Source: a virus | Lineage: Duplodnaviria; Caudoviricetes | Strand: one strand, 5' to 3' | IMG/VR virus record: IMGVR_UViG_3300046009_013981 | Location: 1-36,490 of that record | DNA: 36,490 nucleotides | In this document: positions 1 to 9,888 of the stretch, piece by piece | Numbering within the stretch: the stretch's first letter is position 1 | Layout of the letters: every line of letters begins with the position of its first letter | Position numbers and translations under genes: made by a program | The notes under the pieces: generated by a model | Told to the model about the DNA's origin: nothing | What the model saw: only the letters and a program-made list of their open reading frames with translations | Databases searched by the model: none

Positions 1-2
1 AC

Positions 3-1028
3 GAAGCATTACCAGAAGAAATGATCGATAAAACAATTATTGAAGAAGCTCAAGCTGGCGGATCAAGTCATAGTAGTTTTTTACGAGAATATTGCGCTAG
101 ATTTATTGATGGTAGTGATAGTTATTTTAGTGCTAAAAAAATGGAAGAATGCACAATTCCAAATGGTCAGTCTCCACATACTCTTATGAAAGGTCTCCCA
201 AGTAAAAAATATATTCTAGGAATCGATCCTAATATGAGTGATAGTCCTAATGCTGACTATTTTGCAATGGCAGTCATAGAAGTTGATGACGAGGCAAAAA
301 CTGGCACCCTTGTTCATACATATGCTGGCCTTGGAAATTTAAAAAACCATGTTCAGTATTTATATTATATAATGACTAATTTTAATATTGTATTTATGAT
401 ACTTGATAATGCTGGAGCAGATGTATTTCTTTCTGCTTGTAATGAATCTGAATTATTTAAAAATAATAATTTTAAAATAAATTCTTTTGAATTTAATTCA
501 GATTTAGAAGGTCTAGATTATGATCATGAAATAAAACGAGCAAGGAATTCCTATAATTTAGAAGCAAAGAAAATTGCTTTTAATCAAGTATTTACAAGTA
601 CATTTATAAGAAAATCTAATGAATACCTTCAAGCTTCTATTGATTATAAAAAGATATGGTTCGCAAGCAAAACATGTGCAAATGACACTTTCTTTGAAAA
701 TCAATTTAATCAAAATATACCAATAGATTTAATGAAAAGTGAAGAGAAGAAGGATTGGTCTACCTTAGATTTTATAGAAAATCAAGATGACTTTATCTAT
801 CAGACTAAAAAACAATGCACTCTTATAGAGCATTCTTCCACGGCTAGAGGCACTCAATCTTTTGATTTACCTCAACATTTAAAAAGAAGCTCATCAGCAA
901 ATAAAGCGAGAAAAGATAATTATTCTGCACTTTTATTAGCAAATTGGGGTCTCAAGTGCTATAATGATATAATAAATGCACCAAAAGAGGAGATATCCAA
1001 CACTTTCACGCCAATAATGATAAAATAA
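3..1028 (+). CDS. terL: Terminase large subunit, C-terminal RNase H-like nuclease domain (5'-truncated by window edge)
   Basis: Frame is open from position 3 (EALPEEM...). FLREYCARF linker, ILGIDP acidic motif and a terminal KDNYSALLLA motif; lies directly upstream of the portal. Confidence 0.85.
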   Translation, partial: EALPEEMIDKTIIEEAQAGGSSHSSFLREYCARFIDGSDSYFSAKKMEECTIPNGQSPHTLMKGLPSKKYILGIDPNMSDSPNADYFAMAVIEVDDEAKTGTLVHTYAGLGNLKNHVQYLYYIMTNFNIVFMILDNAGADVFLSACNESELFKNNNFKINSFEFNSDLEGLDYDHEIKRARNSYNLEAKKIAFNQVFTSTFIRKSNEYLQASIDYKKIWFASKTCANDTFFENQFNQNIPIDLMKSEEKKDWSTLDFIENQDDFIYQTKKQCTLIEHSSTARGTQSFDLPQHLKRSSSANKARKDNYSALLLANWGLKCYNDIINAPKEEISNTFTPIMIK

Positions 1029-1035
1029 GTGTAAT
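1029..1035 (+). promoter_or_regulatory. GTGTAAT putative late promoter (portal)
   Basis: Recurrent intergenic motif; 11 nt before ATG. Confidence 0.7.
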
Positions 1036-1046
1036 ATTTACGTTAA

Positions 1047-2969
1047 ATGAGTAAAAAATCTAAAAAAATCGAAGAAGTACAAGCTTCTTTTGCTGTTCCA
1101 CTTTCTGAAGCTACCCCATTGATGGTATATGGAAGTGATGTTAATAAGCCAAAAATTAAAATGTCTGAGGCTAGAGCCGCTGCTACAGGTATTCGTAGAA
1201 ATGCAGCTTCAACAATAGAAAGAACCAATAGATTTACTAATATTGATACAGGATTAATTCCTTTTAGGTATTCGACTTATGTAAAGAATCTTTCGACTCT
1301 AGACGTTAGAGACGCAATTATCCTTTGTCAAAAAGCTTATTATAATGTAGCAATATTTAGGAATACTATTGATCTAATGACTGAATTTTCAAGTAGTCCA
1401 ATATATCTAAGCGGTGGGAGTCAAAAGGCTAGAGAATTTTTTGAAGCATATTTTAAGAAAATTAATCTTGCAAGTTTCCAAGATCAATTCTTTCGTGAAT
1501 ATTATCGTAGTGGTAATGTATTTACTTATAGATTTGATACATCATTAAATCCAGAGCAACTTCTTAGAGTTACTCAAACATTTGGATCAAAACTAAAATC
1601 AATTGCTCAAGATGGTAGCGTTAAATTACCAGCTCGATATACAATTATTAATCCAGCAGATGTTTACGTAGGTGGTACAGTGAACTATGCATTTAATATG
1701 TATTATAAACTTCTTAGTGATTACGAGTTGGAAAGACTAAGAGATCCTAAGACAGAGGAAGATAAAGAAGTTTACGAGTCACTACCACCAGAGATTAAGG
1801 AGCAAGTTAGAAATAAAGGAATCTCTTATATCCTTCTTCCTCTTGATGGTAAAAGATTAGCAGCTGTATTCTATAAGAAACAAGATTACGAGCCACTTTC
1901 TATTCCAATGGGTTTCCCAGTATTAGATGATATTAATTGGAAATTAGAAATGAAAAAAATGGATATGGCAGTCACAAGAACAATGCAGCAAGCAGTTCTT
2001 CTTGTTACGATGGGAACAGATCCAGATAAAGGTGGAGTTAATCAAAAGAATCTACAAGCCATGCAAGCTCTTTTCGAAAATCAGAGTGTTGGTAGAGTTC
2101 TTATCGCTGATTATACAACCAAAGCACAATTTGTAATTCCAGATATTGGTAATCTAATTGGTCCACAAAAATATGAAGTTGTTGATCGTGATATTCAAAT
2201 TGGTCTTAATAACGTATTGATTGGTAGTGAGAAATTTGCAAATCAAAGTATTAAAGTTCAAGTATTTGTAGAAAGACTAAAACAGGCTAGAGAAGTTTTC
2301 TTAAATGAATTTTTGATTCCAGAAATTCGTAGAATGAGTAAAGATCTCGGATTTAAAAACTTTCCAAATCCATCTTTCGAAGAGATGAATCTTAAAGATG
2401 ATGTCCAATATTCTCGTATATTTAATCGTCTTATTGAGCTTGGCGTACTTACTCCAGAAGAAGGTTTACAAGCAATTGAAAGTGGTAGACTTCCAACTAG
2501 TCAAGAATCAGTTGATTCTCAACTTAAATTTAGACAACTTAAAGATCAAGGTCTTTATCAACCAATTATTGGTGGTGGAGCAGCCCCAGCAGGAAGACCA
2601 TCTGGATCTACTGGAATACCACAATCTACTAAAAACATAGCTCCAATTGGTGCAAGTTCTAATTTCTCAGTAACTAAAATAAAAGAAAATATATTAGCTA
2701 GTCAAGATCTAGAAGAAGAAGTTAAGTCTGCAGTAAGAAAGAAGTTTAGTGTTAAGAAATTAAGCAATCAGCAGAAAGAAGATGCAGAGAAGATATCAGA
2801 GATTATTATCGCTAATGAATCTCCAGAGAATTGGAAATCTAAAATAGAAGAGTATATCGAAAAACCTTTCGATCAAAATCAAGATCAGATAAATCAAATT
2901 CAAGAGATTGCCTCTGAACATCAAGTTACAAATTACCTAGCAAGCCTATTATATCATAGTAAAAAATAA
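1047..2969 (+). CDS. Portal protein
   Basis: 640 aa, follows terL. Portal-like pattern (FRNTIDLMTEF, FFREYYRSGNVF, a helical region, then a low-complexity GRPSG C-terminal linker). Confidence 0.8.
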   Translation: MSKKSKKIEEVQASFAVPLSEATPLMVYGSDVNKPKIKMSEARAAATGIRRNAASTIERTNRFTNIDTGLIPFRYSTYVKNLSTLDVRDAIILCQKAYYNVAIFRNTIDLMTEFSSSPIYLSGGSQKAREFFEAYFKKINLASFQDQFFREYYRSGNVFTYRFDTSLNPEQLLRVTQTFGSKLKSIAQDGSVKLPARYTIINPADVYVGGTVNYAFNMYYKLLSDYELERLRDPKTEEDKEVYESLPPEIKEQVRNKGISYILLPLDGKRLAAVFYKKQDYEPLSIPMGFPVLDDINWKLEMKKMDMAVTRTMQQAVLLVTMGTDPDKGGVNQKNLQAMQALFENQSVGRVLIADYTTKAQFVIPDIGNLIGPQKYEVVDRDIQIGLNNVLIGSEKFANQSIKVQVFVERLKQAREVFLNEFLIPEIRRMSKDLGFKNFPNPSFEEMNLKDDVQYSRIFNRLIELGVLTPEEGLQAIESGRLPTSQESVDSQLKFRQLKDQGLYQPIIGGGAAPAGRPSGSTGIPQSTKNIAPIGASSNFSVTKIKENILASQDLEEEVKSAVRKKFSVKKLSNQQKEDAEKISEIIIANESPENWKSKIEEYIEKPFDQNQDQINQIQEIASEHQVTNYLASLLYHSKK

Positions 2970-2977
2970 CATATAAA

Positions 2978-2984
2978 GTGTAAA
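2978..2984 (+). promoter_or_regulatory. GTGTAAA putative late promoter
   Basis: Motif variant; 7 nt before ATG 2992. Confidence 0.65.
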
Positions 2985-2991
2985 TGTTTAC

Positions 2992-3285
2992 ATGCGCACT
3001 TTCAATGGCTTACAGATTTTCACTGAACAGCTAACTAATTCTGGTCAATTAGACTTAAGATATGCTCGCATTAGTGGAAATGATTCCGAAGTTAATTTAA
3101 ATGCTGGAGTTAGAATTGGAGCGAATTATACACCAAGTGGTCAGTATGCCCCTGGTTATAGCGGACAAGTAGCTTGGGATAATAATAGAATTTATATTTG
3201 TGTCAGTGGAAATGGAATTGAAGGAAAATGGAAATCTAGTCTTTTATATTCTCCATCTCCAGAAATTATTGAAGGATGGGTATAA
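2992..3285 (+). CDS. Small virion adaptor/fibre protein, copy A
   Basis: First 24 aa identical to 4409..4690. C-terminal PxxxxxPGxxGQxxWDxNxIYxC fibre-type domain. Has its own GTGTAA promoter motif. Confidence 0.6.
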   Translation: MRTFNGLQIFTEQLTNSGQLDLRYARISGNDSEVNLNAGVRIGANYTPSGQYAPGYSGQVAWDNNRIYICVSGNGIEGKWKSSLLYSPSPEIIEGWV

Positions 3286-3287
3286 TT

Positions 3288-4364
3288 ATGGATAAAAATA
3301 ATATATTTCTAATTCGTCAAAATGAAGATGGTTCATTTACAAATGTACCATTCAACTCTGCGGGTATAGAGATAAATGATAATAATTTAACTTTTATTAG
3401 CGAAAATATATCTTTTCTTTCTACTGGAGATTCAAGTACTCCTAGTGGACCAATATCTTATATCCAAGGAAATCCAATTATATTTAGTGGTCAAGGACTA
3501 TATGATAATGGAAGAGATTTAAGATACCCTTATATTACAATTAACAATACCGATTCTCAAGGAAATGCTTTATTTATTCAAAAAAGAAAATTTATTGGTA
3601 ACGGACCAACCTTTAGAAATATTGAAGATAATTATTTAATAAACGCAAGAGATGAAGATGGAATACCTGTATTTGCCGCGAAGCATTTCTATACTTTTGC
3701 TCTACCTGGCCAAAGTAGAGCTGATAAGGGAAGACCATATATTGGATTATTTTGTAATCCAGATTCTACACCTCTTGGCGAAGGCTCAAATTTACCTTAT
3801 TCAATTAGCATAAGTGGTCATCCTACTTTTGGCGCATCTGTTAGGTTTTTTAGTAATCCATTAACTATTGGAGAAGATGTATATGCTTGGGGCAAAGAGA
3901 TTGTATATGACGATAACTCTTTAAAGATAAAAACGCATAATACAGAAGGATATAATACTAATTTTGAAATTGATTCAGATGGATTTATTTATATGTCTGA
4001 CCTAGATGGAGTATTTTTCTCTACAGAAGAAAGGAAATTTTTTGGGGCAAATTGGTATTTTGATCAAAATTTAAATGCAGATACATTAAATGCTAATCAA
4101 ATTAACGTAGCAAATTCTGTATATGTAGATGTCGATTTAACCGCCGAAGGGACAATAAATGCAGGCGAAATTATAATAGACAATAATGTTAATATTAATA
4201 GTATAAATGCATCTTTTCAAAATATAAATTTCTATCCACCTACAGGTACAATTCCTTCTTCAGATTATCCAGGAAATAAAGGTGAAATGGTATTTGATGC
4301 AAACTATGTTTATTATTGTAAAGAAAATAATAAATGGGTTAGAACTGCTCTTTCTGAATGGTAA
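3288..4364 (+). CDS. Fibre/spike-like virion protein (start probably 3288 rather than 3276)
   Basis: TAA-TT-ATG junction parallels TAA-TTT-ATG at 4688-4696. Beta-rich shaft repeats; C-terminal PGNKGEMVFDANYVYYC...WVRTALSEW domain. Confidence 0.55.
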   Translation: MDKNNIFLIRQNEDGSFTNVPFNSAGIEINDNNLTFISENISFLSTGDSSTPSGPISYIQGNPIIFSGQGLYDNGRDLRYPYITINNTDSQGNALFIQKRKFIGNGPTFRNIEDNYLINARDEDGIPVFAAKHFYTFALPGQSRADKGRPYIGLFCNPDSTPLGEGSNLPYSISISGHPTFGASVRFFSNPLTIGEDVYAWGKEIVYDDNSLKIKTHNTEGYNTNFEIDSDGFIYMSDLDGVFFSTEERKFFGANWYFDQNLNADTLNANQINVANSVYVDVDLTAEGTINAGEIIIDNNVNINSINASFQNINFYPPTGTIPSSDYPGNKGEMVFDANYVYYCKENNKWVRTALSEW

Positions 4365-4393
4365 ATTTATATTTAATATTTTTTATATATTTT

Positions 4394-4400
4394 GTGTAAT
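4394..4400 (+). promoter_or_regulatory. GTGTAAT putative late promoter
   Basis: 8 nt before ATG 4409. Confidence 0.7.
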
Positions 4401-4408
4401 ATTATTAA

Positions 4409-4690
4409 ATGCGCACATTTAATGGATTACAAATATTTACTGAGCAGCTTACTAATTCTGGTCAATTAGACCTTAGATATGTTCGTATAACTGGTAATGA
4501 TTCAGTTCCTTATATTACTCTTGGAGCCAGAATAGGCATAGGTAATAACCAACCATCTTCTCCAACTTCTCCTGGATTACCAGGTCAGATTACATTAGGA
4601 GATGCTTCTGCACCTTTGGGCGAAGGAATATATGTTTGTTTATCCGATGGTCAATGGGCTTTTGCGCCATTGATAAGATTTGAGGCATAA
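4409..4690 (+). CDS. Small virion adaptor/fibre protein, copy B
   Basis: MRTFNGLQIFTEQLTNSGQLDLRY identical to copy A; C-terminal PSSPTSPGLPGQI...IYVC...W domain. Confidence 0.6.
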   Translation: MRTFNGLQIFTEQLTNSGQLDLRYVRITGNDSVPYITLGARIGIGNNQPSSPTSPGLPGQITLGDASAPLGEGIYVCLSDGQWAFAPLIRFEA

Positions 4691-4693
4691 TTT

Positions 4694-6181
4694 ATGTCAT
4701 TAGATAATATTTTTGTATTTAAAAAACAATATAATGGTACATATTCTTATGTTCCAGCTTCTGGTTTATTATTCGGTCTTGGTACAAGTGGAACAGTTGT
4801 TTTAGGTGATCAAACTAATAAGATATCTGGAATATATAATAGTATATTGGGTGGTTCTAATAATTGTTTTGGTGCAAGTACTTCAAGAAGTATTATCGGC
4901 GGTGGAAATTTTAATTGTATTCGTTTAGGAAATGGAAACTTCATTACGGCTGGAGAATTCAATTATATATCTGGATGCGCAAATTCAAGCAATGTAATTA
5001 TCGGAGGATGTTCAAATGTTATTTTAGGTAATCAAAGTCTTATCGGTGGAGGATGTGGAAACTTTCTAGGGGCAGGTATTAATGACGTAACATATCTTGG
5101 CGCACCTACAAATACGATTGTTGGTGGTCAATATAATTGCGCATTTGCAGCAAATCCTTTTGATGCAGCTTCTATATACAATCAGCTTAATGGCTGGAAT
5201 GGGGTTAATTTTGGTGGAACAGTTTATTATAATCCACCATGTGAATCTGCAATAGTTGCAGGCAGTCAAAATAGAATTGGTGGATGCAGAAGTTTTCTTG
5301 GTGCTGGTGCTACAAATTGGGCGATTAAAAATTATTCAACGGTAATCAATGGCTATGATAATAAAAATTCATCAATATCTTCTACAATCATCAATGGTTG
5401 TGAGAGTTTTATAGCAAATGGATGTTTTAATAAAATTGATAATGGATTGTGTAATCGCATAGGAATACAATTTGGTGAGGGAATACTTAACGTTACAACA
5501 GCAACAGAATCATATTTCTCTTCAATTGGTAACGGTTGTTGTAATATAATTTTAACTGCATGTAATTCAAATATTAGTAATGGTTGTTGCAATAAAATAA
5601 CAAATACATATTCTGCATCTATTGGAGGTGGTCAAAGTAATAATATTATTGATTCTGCAAATGGTTTTATTGGCGGTGGATCATCTAATAATATGGTAAC
5701 AGCTTCAGCAGGTTTTATAGGTGGAGGTTCAAATAATTGCGTCAAACAACATGGAGTAGTAGTCGGTGGTGTTAATAATTGCGCTTTATCAAATTGTTCT
5801 TCAATTTTAGGTGGTGAAGGTAATTGCATTTCTGCAGATGGATATTACGCTACTATTGGTGGTGGCGTAGGAAATTGTATCTTTGCTTCTCATGGTTATA
5901 TTATTGGCGGAAGACGTAATAAAATACAATCTACTCATACTGGTGCAGCTGTTTTGGGTGATGGACAAGATCGAGATCATCTTTCCTCTGGTCCAAATAC
6001 ATTAACATTAGACTTTATCAGTGGAACCTATATTAAGAACAGAGCAATCATTCAAAATGATTCATATGTACCTAGTACATATACAGCTTTTGGTGTTAGT
6101 GGTCAATTAGCCTTTGATAATAATTATTTTTATAGACATAATGGTTCAAATTGGACAAGAACCGCAATGTCTACTTGGTAA
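4694..6181 (+). CDS. Cys-rich beta-roll (YadA-head-like ~14-aa repeat) fibre/adhesin
   Basis: Repeated (I/V)GGxxNxI/C units, a GAAVLGDGQDRDH...LTLDF cap, and a C-terminal GQLAFDNNYFY...WTRTAMSTW domain. Confidence 0.6.
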   Translation: MSLDNIFVFKKQYNGTYSYVPASGLLFGLGTSGTVVLGDQTNKISGIYNSILGGSNNCFGASTSRSIIGGGNFNCIRLGNGNFITAGEFNYISGCANSSNVIIGGCSNVILGNQSLIGGGCGNFLGAGINDVTYLGAPTNTIVGGQYNCAFAANPFDAASIYNQLNGWNGVNFGGTVYYNPPCESAIVAGSQNRIGGCRSFLGAGATNWAIKNYSTVINGYDNKNSSISSTIINGCESFIANGCFNKIDNGLCNRIGIQFGEGILNVTTATESYFSSIGNGCCNIILTACNSNISNGCCNKITNTYSASIGGGQSNNIIDSANGFIGGGSSNNMVTASAGFIGGGSNNCVKQHGVVVGGVNNCALSNCSSILGGEGNCISADGYYATIGGGVGNCIFASHGYIIGGRRNKIQSTHTGAAVLGDGQDRDHLSSGPNTLTLDFISGTYIKNRAIIQNDSYVPSTYTAFGVSGQLAFDNNYFYRHNGSNWTRTAMSTW

Positions 6182-6200
6182 AATATAAACTCAAATAAAA

Positions 6201-6207
6201 GTGTAAT
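6201..6207 (+). promoter_or_regulatory. GTGTAAT putative late promoter
   Basis: 21 nt before ATG 6229, with AAGG motifs in between. Confidence 0.7.
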
Positions 6208-6228
6208 CCTATATAAGGATTAAGGTAA

Positions 6229-7521
6229 ATGGCTAGAGATAGAATCATCTATAATGTAGAAGGCTTATTTGTTGGTCCATATTCTGGAGAACAAAATCCT
6301 TCCTCTGATTATTATCTTAGTGGTTATCAAATACTTAAAAAGCTAGAAAAAGTACAATCATTCAATTATGCAATTCAAAAGAATGAACTTGATGCTCAAG
6401 GTTTTGGACAAAAACAAAATATTTTTCGTGGGCAAGGATTAGCTCCAGAGGTTACATTTAATTTCTCTTATATTCCAGATGGAGTAACGAATGAAAATAG
6501 ATTAGATTTTAATGTTGCAGATTTTAAATCAAGTTTTCAAGCCCCAATGTTCTCTGGATTATGTAGTAACAATCCCTTATTAAATAAAAGGGATTTTTAT
6601 CTTATTATAAATAAAAATGATAATGATCTTTTCAAAAACTATCCATTATCAATTTATTCTATAGATCCAACTGGATTAGATGATGTACTTGATCCTAATT
6701 CAAGAAATTATGGAATTTTACATTTTCAAAATGCATATTTGAATGAATATTCTTTCAGTACAGCAGTTGGTAATTTACCAGAGGTAAATCAAAGTTATGT
6801 AGCTGATAATATTACATATTATTTAAGTGGATCAAATATTAAATATTCTATTTTAAATTTAAGATCAGGTTTTGCAGAGAATCAATCAGATCAGATTATA
6901 ATTCCAAAAAGTTTAAATTATAATGATCCAGAGATTAGCGGTCAAAATATTTTATTGCCAGGAGATGCAAGTGTAACTTTTTATACAAATAATACTGGCG
7001 TAGCATTCTATACAGATACAATTCAAAGCCTTGATTTTTCATTGAATTTTAATAGAAAAGCTTATCGTTCTATTAATTATTTGTTACCACTTTTAAGAAA
7101 AATAGAATTTCCAATCAATGGAACTTTAAATACTAGTTTTATTGTAAAAGAAAATTTAAGCGGTTCATTTCTTGATACTCTAAATTCTGATGATAACTAT
7201 AATGTTATAGTTAATTTTAATAAATGTAGTAGTAATAATAACGGAATTTATCCAACAAGGTTCATATTTAGTGGGTGCAGATTTAATAATATAAATTATG
7301 ATTCTTCAATTGGTAGTAATAAAACTGCCACTTTGAGCTTTAATTTTGATCTTGACCCAGATTTTGGAAGAAGAGGAATCTTTGCTAGTGGTAATGTATT
7401 ATATTGTAATGCAACAAGTACGCTAGAAGGCACAGAATCTTCTGTTGACTATCAATTAACTGCTACAGAAAATTCTATTGTCTATACTTTAGGCGATAAT
7501 TTAATTAGAACATTAATTTGA
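6229..7521 (+). CDS. Divergent paralog of the tail tube protein with C-terminal extension
   Basis: Colinear similarity to 29286..30443: RIIY..E.L..GP, FGQ, FSYI, VGN.P, L.PGD, I.FP, SIGSNKT/DIGANKT, G.F.SG. Confidence 0.7.
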   Translation: MARDRIIYNVEGLFVGPYSGEQNPSSDYYLSGYQILKKLEKVQSFNYAIQKNELDAQGFGQKQNIFRGQGLAPEVTFNFSYIPDGVTNENRLDFNVADFKSSFQAPMFSGLCSNNPLLNKRDFYLIINKNDNDLFKNYPLSIYSIDPTGLDDVLDPNSRNYGILHFQNAYLNEYSFSTAVGNLPEVNQSYVADNITYYLSGSNIKYSILNLRSGFAENQSDQIIIPKSLNYNDPEISGQNILLPGDASVTFYTNNTGVAFYTDTIQSLDFSLNFNRKAYRSINYLLPLLRKIEFPINGTLNTSFIVKENLSGSFLDTLNSDDNYNVIVNFNKCSSNNNGIYPTRFIFSGCRFNNINYDSSIGSNKTATLSFNFDLDPDFGRRGIFASGNVLYCNATSTLEGTESSVDYQLTATENSIVYTLGDNLIRTLI

Positions 7522-7524
7522 TAA

Positions 7525-7531
7525 GTGTATA
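7525..7531 (+). promoter_or_regulatory. GTGTATA putative late promoter variant
   Basis: 12 nt before ATG 7544. Confidence 0.55.
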
Positions 7532-7543
7532 TAATTATATATT

Positions 7544-8785
7544 ATGGCAAACAAAAATGTAAATAGTTTTTTAACAACGTCTAATATAGATTTAACTACA
7601 GATTCATTATTATCAATAAAAAGTAATGAGTTAAAACAATTTAAAAGTAGCACCGCTGATCTTAGCGTTAATACAATTAATGCAACAAATATTGTTTATA
7701 CCAGTGGTAATCAAATTATAAGTGGGAATAAAACATTTCTTAACTCTGGCGTGTTTTCGCTTTCTGGAATAATACCACTCGCATTACCAAATAATCCTCT
7801 ATCAGTAGTTGGTAGTGGAAATAGCTATATTCAGCTTAATATCCAAAATAGAGCAACTGGCACTAATGCTACTGCAGATTTAGTTATTACAGCTAATAAT
7901 GGAACTGATACTAGTAATTATATTAATCTAGGTATAAATAATTCTGGATATAATGATCCAGCTTTTACCAATGGAACTGGTTTAGATGGCTATTTATTTA
8001 TAAATGGTGGAAATTTAGATATTGGAACTCAAACTCCAGGAAGAAATATAGAATTCCATGTTGGAGGAACGACTTTAGATAAAGTTGCAGTAATAATGAG
8101 TAGTTCTGGAGTACTTGTAACTGGAAGTATTTTTAATGATGAATTTGAATATATAAATAAAATACCATCCTTAACAGATTTAAATACTCCAACTCAGCCA
8201 TATCTTTGGTTTTCTAATGGTACTAATAGTGCAACGAGTTTATCTTGCACATCACAATTTTTATTTTTATCACCTTTTTGGGTATCTGCAAATTGCACAA
8301 TTATTTCTGGAGGATGTTTAGCTGGAACAAACGCCGCACCAATAGATGTTGATATTGGATTATATGGGGCAAATATAAATGGATTACCAGATTCAAGATT
8401 AGTTTATGGAAATCTAACAGCTGCTACTACAGTAGCTGGAGATATCTTAAGAGGTACAACTAGTTCTGTTTCTTTGCGTAGAGGTATGTATTGGGGAGCC
8501 GTTATGCCATTTGGAGCAAATGCAAATTTATATCAAACAGCAGTAAGCTCAATGACTACTAATACTAATACTAGAGCAACTGTTGGTGGATTAGATAGAT
8601 TGCTTCCTTTTTATAAAGACGTAACTGATGCTTATTTAATTACTACCGTCACAGCTGGCAGTAGATTACCTACTGCATTAGCAGGAACTAACAGAAAATT
8701 AGATTTTGTTACCGCAGGACAAGCTTCTACAGCTTATAGATCTAGAACAACTGCGCCATCTGTATTTTTTATACCTAGAATGTAA
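7544..8785 (+). CDS. Fibre / receptor-binding protein
   Basis: VYTSGNQIISGNKTF fibre repeat, a beta-rich middle region and a distinct C-terminal globular domain; followed by a chaperone-like gene. Confidence 0.6.
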   Translation: MANKNVNSFLTTSNIDLTTDSLLSIKSNELKQFKSSTADLSVNTINATNIVYTSGNQIISGNKTFLNSGVFSLSGIIPLALPNNPLSVVGSGNSYIQLNIQNRATGTNATADLVITANNGTDTSNYINLGINNSGYNDPAFTNGTGLDGYLFINGGNLDIGTQTPGRNIEFHVGGTTLDKVAVIMSSSGVLVTGSIFNDEFEYINKIPSLTDLNTPTQPYLWFSNGTNSATSLSCTSQFLFLSPFWVSANCTIISGGCLAGTNAAPIDVDIGLYGANINGLPDSRLVYGNLTAATTVAGDILRGTTSSVSLRRGMYWGAVMPFGANANLYQTAVSSMTTNTNTRATVGGLDRLLPFYKDVTDAYLITTVTAGSRLPTALAGTNRKLDFVTAGQASTAYRSRTTAPSVFFIPRM

Positions 8786-8791
8786 ATTTTT

Positions 8792-9082
8792 ATGAAAGAT
8801 AGAAGAATAATTGAAAATGGTAAGATAATAGATAATCGTGACTTAGAATCAACTAAGACCACAAAGATTAATGATTATAGAGAACAAACAAACTATAACA
8901 TATTAGTAATCGAAGGCATTGATCAGACTACTCAAATTAATGCTGCTTTGGGAATTTATGATGAAGAACGTTTATTAGAAATAAAATCAAAAATAGAATT
9001 TTGGAGAAATAGATTTTTAACTGCCAAAAGTAGAATCCTAACCGCAAATACTTTAGCTGAACTAGATGATATTTTATTATAA
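8792..9082 (+). CDS. Putative fibre assembly chaperone (DUF4376/Tfa-like)
   Basis: 96 aa directly after a fibre gene; ends in ILTANTLAELDDI, resembling the IxxAxTxxELxxI ending of phage fibre chaperones. Confidence 0.45.
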   Translation: MKDRRIIENGKIIDNRDLESTKTTKINDYREQTNYNILVIEGIDQTTQINAALGIYDEERLLEIKSKIEFWRNRFLTAKSRILTANTLAELDDILL

Positions 9083-9089
9083 TTAATAT

Positions 9090-9128
9090 TAGATTTTAAA
9101 AATATATATTATTATAATATAGTGTAAT
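9090..9128 (+). promoter_or_regulatory. Tandem promoters for lysis cassette: TAGATT-N17-TATAAT and GTGTAAT
   Basis: TAGATT 9090, TATAAT 9113, GTGTAAT 9122, ATG 9134. Confidence 0.6.
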
Positions 9129-9133
9129 CTATT

Positions 9134-9433
9134 ATGAAGACTATGCTATCTAAATTATTTGGCCCAAATTGGAGATCTTCGACATCGGGGATTATAACAG
9201 TCGTAGCCGTAGCAACAGCTTTTGCAATTCACGGAGATAATTCGTTAGTAGCATTTTTACCAGATAAAGCTGAAGAATATATAGTTGGAATTTCTAAACT
9301 AATCGCCGTTGTTAGTGGTATCATTTTTGCTCTTACTGTTAAAGATGCTGCTGTTACTGGTGGCAAAGTAGCTCAAACAAAAGAAGCCAAAAAAAGAATA
9401 AAGAAAGAAATAGGACATGGAGAAAATATATGA
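9134..9433 (+). CDS. Holin (two transmembrane segments)
   Basis: NWRSSTSG N-terminus, two hydrophobic helices, KD after the second helix and a basic C-terminus; first gene of the lysis cassette. Confidence 0.65.
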   Translation: MKTMLSKLFGPNWRSSTSGIITVVAVATAFAIHGDNSLVAFLPDKAEEYIVGISKLIAVVSGIIFALTVKDAAVTGGKVAQTKEAKKRIKKEIGHGENI

Positions 9434-9888
9434 ATAAATTAAACTTAATTGCCGTTGCCCTTATGGGTATTTTTATGGTAGGTTGCTCTACAACAAATAC
9501 TGGTGTAGATAATCAAATAGGCGGAACAACCGCAGTAGAGAACGCTTTACCTTATATTAAACCAGCAACAATTTTAATTTGTACAGTTGTTCTCGAACAA
9601 GCTCTTTCTGCAGAAGATCGTCAAGAAAAAGCTAAAATGATTAATCATGTTTCTACTATAGTAGAAGGATTAACAGTAGGATCTACCCCAACGCCAGATC
9701 AGTTACAAAAAGCTCTTATGGATTATCTTCCAGCAGAAAAAACTCATTGGGCAAAATATATAACAGCAGTTAAAGATATTTATGCAGCGCAATTCGCTAA
9801 AATTAATGGAGACGCAGCTCTAGCCGTAAAAGTACTGAATGCTATCGCAGCAGGATGTAAAGACGCAACGGCAGAATACGTAGAGTAA
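9430..9888 (+). CDS. Lipoprotein in lysis cassette
   Basis: Signal peptide MNKLNLIAVALMGIFMVG-C with a lipobox; ATGA overlap with the holin. Confidence 0.65.
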   Translation: MNKLNLIAVALMGIFMVGCSTTNTGVDNQIGGTTAVENALPYIKPATILICTVVLEQALSAEDRQEKAKMINHVSTIVEGLTVGSTPTPDQLQKALMDYLPAEKTHWAKYITAVKDIYAAQFAKINGDAALAVKVLNAIAAGCKDATAEYVE

